Part shown: one piece after another, positions 25,787 through 36,269 of the stretch
Layout of the letters: every line of letters begins with the position of its first letter
How positions within the stretch are numbered: the stretch's first letter is position 1
DNA from: Chara braunii
Lineage: Eukaryota > Plantae > Charophyceae
Assembly (NCBI GenBank): GCA_003427395.1
Contig: BFEA01000034.1
Span: 1,896,934-1,960,933 of the forward strand
DNA: 64,000 bases
Reading direction: 5' to 3'
Position numbers and translations under genes: made by a program
The notes under the pieces: model-generated
Seen by the model: the letters and a program-made list of their open reading frames with translations, nothing else
What the model was told of the DNA's origin: nothing
Databases searched by the model: none

Positions 25787-26757
25787 CTGGGAGGTCCCCA
25801 TAAGTTTGGGGAGACCCAGTGCTTGGTTTATTTTGGATTGTGTGGAGCGTCAGACCGTTCTATAAGTTTAGGTGGTATGATTGCTCTGGTGGCTGGGAAG
25901 TCCCCATTAGTTTGAGGAGACCTAGTGCTATGGGATTGCCTTGAGGACCAGACTGTTCTATAAGTTTAGATGGTCTGGTTGCACTGACTTGCGGGGACTG
26001 TCTGTGATTAACTTTTTCTGGGGCCAAGTGCGTTCTGTAAGTTCAGGTGCCTTGGTTGCCTTGGTTACTCTTGGGTTTTCTCTGCTTATTTGGTTCTGAA
26101 CGAGGAGGTCTGAGCCGTTCTATAAGTTTAGGTGGTTCAGCCTCTTCCTGTTTTATTTTTAGAAAACGAACTTGACAAAGGGCAGACTGTTCTGTAAGTT
26201 CAGGTGGTCAAGCCCAATGCCACGCACAACTTAGATCAAAGAGGAACGAATCAGACAGAGGGTCAGACTATTCTGTAAGTTCAGGTGGTCTGACTCAAAG
26301 CTCGCACATATTGGAACCCAAAGGTTATAATTTGGCTATACTCTATTATTAATATTACTTATGAACAAGCTAGTCAAACTATTCCATAAGTTTAGGTAGT
26401 CTGACTATAGTTTATCACAACCTGGAAAGAGTATAACTAAGAGTATAACTGAAGGTAACTTGGGCCGGCTGACCATTTTCTAAGATGAATGACTCAGTCC
26501 TACGCATGCCTTGAAGATTAAAAGTTCAGAGAGGTATATATAACTTGGTTATTTAAACAGTTCAGGGCGACTAGAATGACCTAGTAATATGTCCAAAGAA
26601 GAAAAAAATTGTTGTGCCCTGTGTTTGTGTATACTTTGGCTAAGTTAGGCTCATTCCATAAATTTGGGTGGCCTGACTTTATGCCTGGCTGAGTAAGGCA
26701 CATTCCATAAGTTTGGATGTCCTGACCTTATACCTTATGTAAGTTGGGTATAAGGGG
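25787..26757 (+). repeat. Array of ~12-13 hairpins with TAAGTT loop and variable spacers
   Basis: Loops at 25801, 25863, 25907 (TTAGTT), 25961, 26038, 26123, 26195, 26276, 26387, 26481 (TAAGAT), 26659 (TAAATT), 26708 and 26740. Confidence 0.85.
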
Positions 26758-27039
26758 TTAAATCATTTAAAGACTATGAACTATTGTTTGATAAGTTGAC
26801 TTGGGATGGTGAGAGTACTTACCTTTGTGGTTTGGCCTGCATGTGACTGAGTGAGGCTACTACTTAGTCTGAGTTTCAGTTTGATAGGTAGTTGCTTTAG
26901 TCGCTCGCCACGTGCTAGAGCCATAGGAGTTAGTTTCAATTCCTGCATTTTTTCTGCATTTTCCATGCATTTTCTGAGTTAAGTTTTATCTTAGATCAAT
27001 TCCCGCATTTCCTGAGATCATTCATTATACATGGCTTTG

Positions 27040-27366
27040 TATAAATTTTGGTAAGTCACTTCCTCTACGGGAAGCGCTGCCGAAATTTCTACAAATCCAA
27101 GGAGTTAGTCATATTTTGACTTTTTAAAGTTCAGTTTGTCTAAAGTTCATATATGACTTAGTAAAAATCTGGAAAGTATAATTTTCTAAAAGGAGTGCTG
27201 CCCAAATTTTTGCTAATTCAGGGAGTTAGACAAAATTGAACTTTGGGAAGTCGAAGACTATTTCTGCTTTCATATTCAGGCTGATATAAATTCTGAAAAG
27301 ACACTTTTCCTACGGGAAGCGCTGCCAAAATTTTCCTAGTTTAAAGGAGTTAGACTATATTTTGAC
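27040..27366. repeat. Three ~125-bp tandem repeats
   Basis: GCTGCCNAAATTT...GGAGTTAG...TTTGA at ~27076, ~27196 and ~27320. Confidence 0.85.
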
Positions 27367-30300
27367 AGGTGACGATTCTGGCGATCCGCTCTGTATAGGG
27401 GAAATTATGTCAGGGTCTACCTTTGCTTTGGGTACTGCTTAAAGGTAGATTTAGGCTTAGTCAATTAGGAAGGTTTGGAATGAGATCGTGATATGGGGAT
27501 TATTTTTCCAATGATTTATAGAGTTAGCCTCGGGATTGGTCTGTCTTGTGTTACAGGTCCTCTTAACCATTTGATTCAGGATTTGAACTAGTTTCAGCTT
27601 GATCCTACAATGATCATTTTCTAATATCACTGATAACAGGTCGGTTGCCGATTCGTCGGTCCACGACTCAATTCCAACTCACCCTCAATACTCAACCTAA
27701 AAGGTTTTAGCCGTTGTGATTTTATTGTTTCGTTAAGGTTTTACTCGGACTTTTATTGAATGGTCATTTAACAAAGGTGCTGAGTATTTAATTATGGTTG
27801 GTTAGCTGGAAGTTGGGGCTTGCATGACTAAAGCGAGGGGTATGAGTATAGAGATTGGTTGGGGTTGACTCCGTGTAGTGCGTGAATTTTTGTTGTCTCT
27901 TTGATGTGATTGCAGATATGTAATGTGGTTCGGATTTGGATTGGCATGCCTGCGATCACACATATATGTATGGCTGTGAGGATCCCCACTGTGATTGTGA
28001 GAAGTGATCGTCACATACTCATCTCCCTTATGTATATGTATAAATATGTGTGAACTTGTGTTGGGAGTTCGCTTGCGCTGAGGGACCCGCGCGTTGAGAA
28101 TTAAATAGGGGCTGAGGCCGTGCAAAGAAAGAAAAATCCCCTCTACGTAGTTGTATGCTTCTTAGGGGCTTCTTAGTTGGACTTTAGTCCTAGGCCTGTA
28201 TTCGAGGTCTTTGTCCAGGACATCCCAAGCCCTAGTTTCTGCAGGGGAGGAATCTTCCCGTGCGCAGAGTCTCTGCCCTGCCCGTCGAGACACCTAACCC
28301 AGAGGGCAGAAATGTCGCGAGGGCTGAACGGCATGTCCTTCAGCCGCTCAATATCGTGAAGGGCAACCCCTCACGATATATTCCTTCAGCCATTCAATAA
28401 CGCGAGGTCGAAACTGTGATTTTCGCGTATGACTAGCATCACCGGCTGATGTAGGAAGGGCTTACGGCCGCGCAACTTTATATTAAAAGTCCTGCACGCG
28501 ACATCCGTCCGGCCCAGCGTTTAGAGTTATGGGATTAGGCTATTCACATGTGTACGTGCGTGTCTGGAGTTAGGATAGGTCATCTGTGCCAACCGACAAG
28601 GTTACCCAAGGTTGAGGTTTCGGGATGTGGAGGCCCTTCGGCCCGTCTTTTCTTGTTAAAATTATATAGTTGTAGTTTGTGACAGCCGTCAAAGCCAAAC
28701 CCCTTGACTTCTTTCCAGGCCCTAGATGATCGAGCTGGTCTCCAGGGCGATAAGAGACGACTGCCACCACAGGTATGAACATGTGTACCACCCACTCTCC
28801 GCAGGGTGCAGAAGAGGGTGTGGTTCTCAACCGCGCTTGGCGGTTGTCCAACGTCGAGAGATTAACCCTCAAGGCGCGTGTCAGCCGACACTTGAGTGTC
28901 GAATGCGACCCTCGAGGTTAGTGAGGACCGCATGAGTATGGATACTACATAGTACGCCATCATTGCGACCGCTTGCGTACGCTTGCATTGGGAGTCGATA
29001 CGAGTTAGCCCTGCGTCCGCGCGGTTTTATACTAGATCTCGTGCGTGACTCCTATCCGATTTCTGCGTCGGAAAGTTATGGGATGGGTACTAAGGGACTA
29101 GGAGTGTTGTCGCGTTGTTTGAGGTGTGTGTGTGTGTGTTTTATTTTTGTGTTCGTAGTGTGGTGTATGCGTGGTGAATAGGATACGTCCGAGTCGACCG
29201 ACGCCGAGTCGCGCTTGGGACCTCAACCCCCCAAGATGTCGGTTCGCGCGCGGGTCCGATAGAGGCGTACTACCGCGCGTACCCCCTATGCTACAACAAA
29301 TGAGAAACGCCCTCGGCTGGTCCACCTCTGCGATTGCAACTGATCAACTTTCGTAGTGTGGACTGGTAGCTCGGCGGGGATACGCCCACCGAAGGGAGGT
29401 GACAACTCCCGTAAGGTGGAGGTAAGTCGTGCCTCGCGTAAGCTTTATCCTGTCGTAGGGGCTAGCGAGAGGTATGGCTGACGCACTCGGCCGGAGCGGC
29501 TTGAGGAAACTCCATGTATATTCACGACGAAGGATTAAAACCAACTCCTGCGTGACGCGGCCGAGAGGGTCCCGCGCTGCCTTGTGCGGTGCCGGACCGA
29601 TGCGCTCGACACCGCGTTAGTCCCTGAAGATAGCTACGAGGAGGGGACCCGTAGTAAGGAAGAGAGGATTTGAATACAAGAGGATGTGGTCTCAGCTTCA
29701 CCCAGACGCTAACGAAAGAATAGAGAGCCAATTCATAATTACACAGACTAGATAAGTACCAGGCAACAGAAAAAGCCACAAACAACTGATTTATCTTCAT
29801 TGCTTTCCATGGGACAATATCAATGAGAATCTGGTTAAAACAAAGGTCTATGGGGCCTTCAACTCCAGGGTAAGGTGGAAGGAATAGATAGGTGAGACAT
29901 GGAAGGAATAGTTAGGTGAGATGAAGGTAGCAACCGCCTCAATTGCAGGTAGACAAGGTTAAAAGTCCGAGGATGGTCAGTATTTGCAGGTATTGATTGA
30001 GAAAGAGAGGATCGCAAGCTAAACTGGCTGAGGCTGCCAGGATAACTATTGTGACTCCGGGTAGAATTGTGGGACCCCGACCCAACCGTTCGAAATATAA
30101 GTGCAGTGGTAGCCAGCTACCCCGCTTTGAAAGTGGTAGCCAGGTACCACGACAGCGAAGACGCCCACAGGCAACCTCCGGACGGCGAAACAAAAGAAAA
30201 ACCCTAAGCCGCCTACAACACTCAAGACTTCACGTCTGATCGCCTTAACCGTCCGATTTTCACATAAGAACGGTATCGTGAAGTCGCCGCGTGCCACGCA

Positions 30301-31002
30301 AAGTCACACAAAGTCGCACCGTGGTGGCTAGCTACTACGATAACGCGCTTACGATACCGGGCAGTCGCTGTGCCTCCCCAATTACCCCTCCCCTTACGAA
30401 GGTCAGCAGTGACTGCCGATTGGGGGGACCAACGGGCCATCTCTAGGTGGCGGGCACCAAGCATGTCCGAGAATTGAGCCCGTGACGTCCTGAATGCCAC
30501 TTGTGTGTGTTACCAACTAAGCTGGGCCGCTGGATCCCGTTGCACAACTCCCGAAGGGACCCCTTCCAATTTCGGAAAGTTTCAGAAATCGATTCTTGTG
30601 CGTTGCCCTGATAGGGGGCCCGGGTCACCAACATCCACTGCGCTGGGCAGCGGGAAGCAGCGCCACAAGTGAGAGGGAGGGGAAGGTGTGCCTTGGTAGC
30701 GGGCATAGCGCGGCCACCTCAGCGCCGGCAGTTTGCGTTGTGCGGAGGATTCCTGCCACGTCAGCGAGTTGTGCGAAGCTGCTCAACCTCTGCCGGTGAC
30801 CGACATCGCGCCACTCCCAGGTCGGTCAATGTTCATACTTCACCACTTCCGTCTTCCTTCTCGGTCTGCTCTCCCTCTTCCGCCCAGGGTGTCCCCGCCC
30901 CACCTCTCCACATCCCTCTCGTCTTGTCCGTGGTCAAAATCCCTTTTGGCCGCTATCGCGGCATCGCCCCTTCACTCCGTTCCACTTCCTTCATCTGCGA
31001 AG

Positions 31003-31003
31003 C

Positions 31004-31068
<65 letters not shown>
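31003..31068. repeat. (CT)n microsatellite
   Basis: Direct observation. Confidence 0.95.
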
Positions 31069-31072
<4 letters not shown>

Positions 31073-32377
31073 GTGTGTGTCTGTAGTCGCGTGGACGTCA
31101 TCTCTGTCTCCCGCCATCTCTCTCTTTGCCTCCGCTCTTCTGTGCTCTGGGGGCCATCTTTTCTAGACAGCACCTCTCATCGACGAACCTCTCCTGTGCG
31201 CGCTCAACACCTGCACTTTTCTGTGCGACAGTTTCCTCCTCTCTCTCTCTCTCTCATTTTGTCAGTCTTCATAATCTTGCGCAAGCGTCGCCAATGCACT
31301 AGAGCAAAAGGAAAGGAATTTCCCCCCTGGCCCTCCCCCCACAAAGAGAAAGAAGGAATAGAAAAGGACTGGCCGCCAATCATGGCATTTACAAAACTTC
31401 CAATGCAGTCCGTCAACATCCATCGCTCTGCTCGCTGGGGCCATTTCATTGTGATTTCCTTCTATTTGTGTAATGTTTTTTTCTTTTTTTCTTTTTCTTT
31501 GTTCTTTTTTCTTTTCTTTCTCCTCTGAAAGCCACTTGGGACGAGGTTTCACGTACTAACTAAGCCAATCCGGGTTTCCAACTGAGCCATGACACAAGCT
31601 TGAACGCGGATTCGAGCGCAAACGTCCACGTCACAAGGAGCAGCACACACGCAGGGCGCAACACAATATAAAATAAAATAAAAAGAGTCGAAAATGCTTG
31701 TAAAAAATAAAAAAAAGAGGCTTTCCCCCCCCCTTTTTTTAATTTTCAATAAAAAAAAGAAACATTTAGAAATAAGCAGCGCTCACAATCCCTGACACTA
31801 CCGGGCCAAACTAGTCAAATTGTGCCACAGGCATTGCACCTGCATCGATCTCCGACGGCACCACAGTGCAAAGGCAAGCAAGGAAGAGGAAGAGAGAGGC
31901 CAATCAAAGAAAGAATGAAGAGAAACGAATCTCCGGGGACCCATCGGATGACTTCGCAACACTAAACATGCCCCAAAAATGTTCCCAAGCTAAAAGGAAC
32001 AAAAAAGAGGCTTGTGGCCATTGGCGAAGCTAGTATGAAACTAAATTTCCTATTTATCCTCGTACTAGAAAAAGAACATAGACGAAAAAGAGAAGCTATC
32101 GTCTGTATTCTGGTTGTGCATGCGTGCTCACCCGTGTGTGTGGTACGTCTGCCCTTTTTTTTTTTTTTTTCCTTCAGGAAAACCTCGTCTTTATTGACCG
32201 GGCCCAATGCCGAAGGCCAGAAGACAACTGTACATAGCACCGAAGGCATCAGGAGCCTGCAGGCCTCGAGCCTATAACCTCAGCCAGAGCCCCGACCCTG
32301 CAGAAAACTCTTACAGGCCACTCTTTGGCCTGTTATGAAAAAAAATTTACATTTATTACGCTTATCTTTGTAGTATT

Positions 32378-32630
32378 TGCCGGGCAGCTCTGCTTGACGA
32401 TATATATATCGTCACAAGCAGAACTGCCCGGTAAACCGTAGGCAGAGAGAGAGAAGAGGACAACATACGATATATATATATATATATATATATCATGTGA
32501 CAATCTACAGACTGTTGAGGGTTCAGCCTCCTGATGAGTAGGTGAAACTCCGACGAAACAGTTTGCCACAGCCCCTCGTTTGTTGTCCTCTTCTCCCTCT
32601 CTGCCTACTGTTTACCGGGAAGCTCTGTTT

Positions 32631-32663
<33 letters not shown>
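32378..32663 (+). mobile_element. Hammerhead-bearing mini retroelement with inverted and direct partial copies in (AT)n
   Basis: 32411-32470 is the reverse complement of 32576-32633; 32379-32398 is a direct copy of the same 3' end; the pieces are separated by (AT)n tracts. Confidence 0.65.
32509..32564 (+). ncRNA. Type III hammerhead ribozyme
   Basis: AGACTGTT^ GAGG-gttcag-CCTC CTGATGA GTAGG-tgaaact-CCGAC GAAA CAGTTT: complete catalytic core; stems I and II are hairpins (one mismatch in II), stem III is open; cleavage triplet GUU after 32516. Confidence 0.85.
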
Positions 32664-32667
<4 letters not shown>

Positions 32668-32903
32668 GCAAAACATCAGGTGGGATTCTCCTACCGCAGA
32701 CAGGGATAAGAGCCCAGCCCTTAGGAGCGCCCGCGAGTGATGGCTCCGATCTTATTCGTTGGGAGCGGCACGTGCCCAGCGTCCTCCAAGTACAACAGCC
32801 TATTAGATCGTTACCTACTACCCCATCATTGATGGTTCCTTTGCACGTTTGCTTTACTTGTCTCGGTGTTTTTTTAGTTTTATTTTTATTATTGTTGAAG
32901 TTG

Positions 32904-32955
32904 TGATCAGAACAGATACTACACTTGATCTTCACCAAAAGGCCGAGAAAGGAAT
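32904..32955 (-). pseudogene. U2: U2 snRNA 5' fragment (nt 1-52) fused to unrelated sequence
   Basis: ATTCCTTTCTCGGCCTTTTGGTGAAGATCAAGTGTAGTATCTGTTCTGATCA; three substitutions relative to the neighbouring full copy, then homology stops abruptly. Confidence 0.92.
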
Positions 32956-33294
32956 AGTTGTCTCGTTTCCGTGCTGCCCCCCCCCCCCCTCCCCGCCCTT
33001 CCCCCCCACAAAGCTAGTCCATTTCCATAACACTCTTTAAGAGAACAGCAGTCCTCGCGTAATGCTTCCGCGAGAGGCTGCTGCGCACTCTTGGGAAAGG
33101 CGGCGGGACTGCCAGGCGGGCCCAACGCGTGCGTTTTTCACGCCGCGAGGGGGCTTGCCTTGGACGGCCCCATAGAAATTTCGGGATCCGTGCGTATGAG
33201 ACTGAATTCTCCTCTGGAACATGGGGAGATACACAAGTTCCCTTTTGTTCGTTTGTTTCGTTTCTTTTTTTTTTTTTCTTTTTTTTTTTCCCAA

Positions 33295-33485
33295 ATAGCA
33301 CTCTGCTACAGTGCAATACAGAGGCAACGCTGGAGGGGTCGAGCAAGCAAGCTTACCCGTACGACCGCCCCGTAGCCCAGAAAAATTAATTTAATATCGT
33401 GTGGCCCGATGGACCACGGATCAGATATTAAACTGATCAGAACAGATACTACACTTGATCTTAGCCAAAAGGCCGAGAAAGGTAT
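33295..33485 (-). ncRNA. U2: U2 spliceosomal snRNA, full length
   Basis: ATACCTTTCTCGGCCTTTTGGCTAAGATCAAGTGTAGTATCTGTTC...; branch-point recognition GTAGTA, Sm site AATTTTTCTG, stem-loop IV CTCTGT-ATTGCACT..GCAGAG; ~190 nt with a plant-type 5' end. Confidence 0.97.
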
Positions 33486-34310
33486 TTGTTTTTTTCTGTC
33501 GTTTTGCCAGTTTCCTTTTGTTCGTTTCTTTCCTTTTCTTTCTTTTTTCTGTCGTTTTGCGGGTTTGCTTTTGTCCGCCCGTTGTTTTCGTTTGAGGGCC
33601 TCGCTGCACTACTCTCCAAATGTGCAAATGAGACTGAATCCACTGCTAGAACACAGAGAAATACATCACCATCTTTTTTGTCTTTTGCGCACGTGGAGAG
33701 TACCAAGCCTTCGCTCCGCAGCTCTCCAGATGTTCAAAAATGAGACTGGATCCTCAGGCAGAAAATGGCAAGATGCACCGGTTTTCCTTTTTTTTGTCGT
33801 TTTGCAGGCCCTGCATAGGGAAAGTTCGTTTTGTTTTAGCATGGCTCCTGCGCAAGGATCACATTTGCAAATCGAGGGGAAAAAAAACTACTTCAACAAA
33901 AGAAAAAACTACTTCCTTTTTTGGGTCTGTCGCAGACGTTGCACAGCTCCGAGTTCGCTCACAGCACCTGCTTTTCCATGTCGGAAAAAGGCGGTGGGGA
34001 CGAACGGGATGAGCCGGGGGCGGGGGATGGGAGGGTGAGGACCAGGACAGTGGACGGGGGGAGGGGCAAAGCGAGGAGCAAGAGAGGGACCAGCGGGAGG
34101 AGGAATGGGATGAGAAGAGNGGGGGGGNGGGGGGGGTAGCAGCAGGGAGGCACTGCAGAGGGAGCAGTGGGCGAAGAGTAGGTCTGCCGTGGGCGTGGCC
34201 GTGGTGACCATACTCAGAGAGTTGATTTCCATGGGGCCGCGCTGCATGCCATGGGCGTAGCTTTTTTTTTTTTTTTTTTTTGTTCCCCTGCTCTTAGTCC
34301 CCATCTTCCT

Positions 34311-34710
34311 TGGGGCTTAACTTTCACCCCAGTCCACTTAGCCGTTTGGTTGAGTGTTTGCCTCTTAACGTGGATCGATCCTTGGATCGGTGCGGACGGA
34401 CATATTGTTGTCTGGAGTGAGAATGCAATTCTTACCTGCGTAGCAACCAGCAGTGAGGTCGTACATTGTATGGTGGCTGCGTCTACACACCCTGGTTGGG
34501 TGCGCGTGTGTGACTGGGTACACTGGGTCGCGGGGGAAAACGAGTACCCGTGCTGGGGTGGGGTTAAGTACTCATCTTGGGGCTTAACTTTCACCCCAGT
34601 CCACTTAGCCGTTTGGTTGAGCGTTTGCCTCTTAATGTGGAGGTCGCGTGTTCGATCCTTGGATCGGTGCGGACGGACAGATTGTTGTCTGGAGTGAGAA
34701 TGCAATTCTT
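34311..34710 (+). repeat. Two tandem tRNA-Lys(CUU)-like SINE heads or pseudogenes
   Basis: Copies at 34311-34433 and 34578-34710; GTCCACTTAGCCGTTTGGTTGAGCGTTTGCCTCTTAATGTGGAGGTCGCGTGTTCGATCC has an A-box, a CTCTTAA anticodon loop and B-box GTTCGATCC; copy 1 has a ~10-nt deletion. Confidence 0.7.
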
Positions 34711-35266
34711 AGTCCTCGCCGTAGTTGCGGCGGGCATCCTGTTGTTATTATTATACAAGCTGGGAACCGGCCCTGCCGTCCCTTACAAAAGTGAACATGG
34801 GCATCCTCTTGTTATTATTATACAAGCTGGGAACGGGCCCCGCTGTCCCTTACAAAAGTGAACATAGGCCGTGAAGGAGAACGAGGCATCATTGGGCAGG
34901 TTCTGTTTCAGGAACCAGAGTTACCCCAGAAGGGGAACAGAACGCTGCTATCCACAGGAAGCACGAATGACAGCTATTTACAGCAGACACGGAAAAAAAA
35001 GACGAAAGTAGAGTTCACCACAAGCCAGTGCAGCTGTCTACCAGTCACTCCCGAAAACGAAGTGAAGTGAAAAGGAGACAGGTAAACTGACTCATTCAAA
35101 CACACAACCGTGTAGCACCACGGCGCACACCGTGCGAGAACCAATCCCGAAATCGAGGTACTCTCCAAAAAATAATGACAGAACGAGCCGAGAGCACATT
35201 ATAGCAGAGCTATGATCAACGCCACAGCCCCCACCGCAACACCGTAGAGAGGAGCATATCTGGCAT

Positions 35267-35315
35267 ATCCCCTACTAGTTTCGGCTGTAGCCAGAGACGG
35301 CCTCGTCAGGGGGAT
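35267..35315 (-). ncRNA. Minimal type I hammerhead ribozyme
   Basis: ATCCCC CTGACGA GGCCGT-ctctggct-ACAGCC GAAAC TA GTA^ GGGGAT; the palindromic ACTAGT stem III is typical of Penelope minimal hammerheads; it lies 3' of the PLE ORF in sense orientation. Confidence 0.9.
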
Positions 35316-36269
35316 TCGAGATGGCTAGGTTCTCTACAGTAACTAGCTTTATACTTGGAAAGCACTCCTTTCCGCCTTCGAGCAGCAATTCCTCACCCGC
35401 TACTTACCGCCCACGCCAGAATACTGAAAAGCCTCGCGCTCTTCTGAAACGGACAGCAGGTTCCCGCCCATGCTGCCAGCGTTTTGTCATCTATGCTCGT
35501 CATCAGCCCGACCCGGTAAGTCCCCTGTGCCACTGCTCAGCCACATCAGGTGGTCACAGATACCTTGTTTCTCCCTTCTCTTTCCTTTTCTTTTTCCTTT
35601 TTCCGTCACTTCAGCTCACGTTTTCCTCACGGGCCCGGTTCTAAAACTTCAATCTATCCGCAGATCCGGGCGTGATATAAGGATCTATCTGACACAGCAA
35701 TTTTAACCCCTTCTGGGCTCAGCGGACAAACAAACCGACTCCGCTCTTCCTACTGCTGTACCTCGCGCCTTCACTAGAAAGATTCCCGTGCATTATTTCA
35801 CCGTTGTTACAAACTCTTTGTCACTACTGCACGCTATCCACCAGCCTCGTAAACCATCTGTGCTACTGCACGACTGCGTCAGGCAGCTACAAAGTTCCTC
35901 GTTTATTTCCCCCCCCTTTCTTTCTCGGCTTCTTCTACTCCCAGATTTCTGCCACTTTGCCAAACCAGAACCATTTCTGAACCTTACCTCATACCCTGGT
36001 CCAATACATGGAACCCTTTCTGCCTGGGGATTCCCACCTCTTCATTCACTCTAGGAGTCATCAAACCCCAATGCTACCTACTTTTAATCCTCTTTTTTCT
36101 TTTCTTTTTCCTTGTTTCTCCTTTCCTCAGCTTTATTCATACCTCCGCTCCCCCTGCAACACAATTATCCACACCCATTCCCAGCCATCCCTGATTAACC
36201 CAACCGTTCTTTCAATCGAGGCCCGCCCAGGGGTGGCCCACAGATAAAATGTGGTCCTCCCCCTGTCTC

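Larger units (their letters stand above)
21588..29500 (+). mobile_element. Long non-coding, probably LTR-retrotransposon-derived region (long LTR or LARD-like)
   Basis: Starts with the TGTCAG+hairpin terminus, has a TATA-like CTATAAA at 25534, internal repeat arrays and no recognisable ORF. The right boundary was not found. Confidence 0.35.

Noticed and set aside
28678-28690. TGTGACA-GCCGT as the right end and TSD of the element starting at 21588 (left flank GCCGC)
   Set aside because: The TSD is imperfect, no PBS follows, and flank continuity cannot be shown.
31825-31870. ATTGCAC loop as U1 snRNA or as the missing U2 3' half
   Set aside because: No other U1 or U2 features, and the wrong strand for the U2 fragment.
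35480-35512. Second hammerhead core (CTGATGA on the minus strand)
   Set aside because: No GAAA and no convincing stem II; likewise for CTGATGA at ~40159, ~41347 and ~46472.
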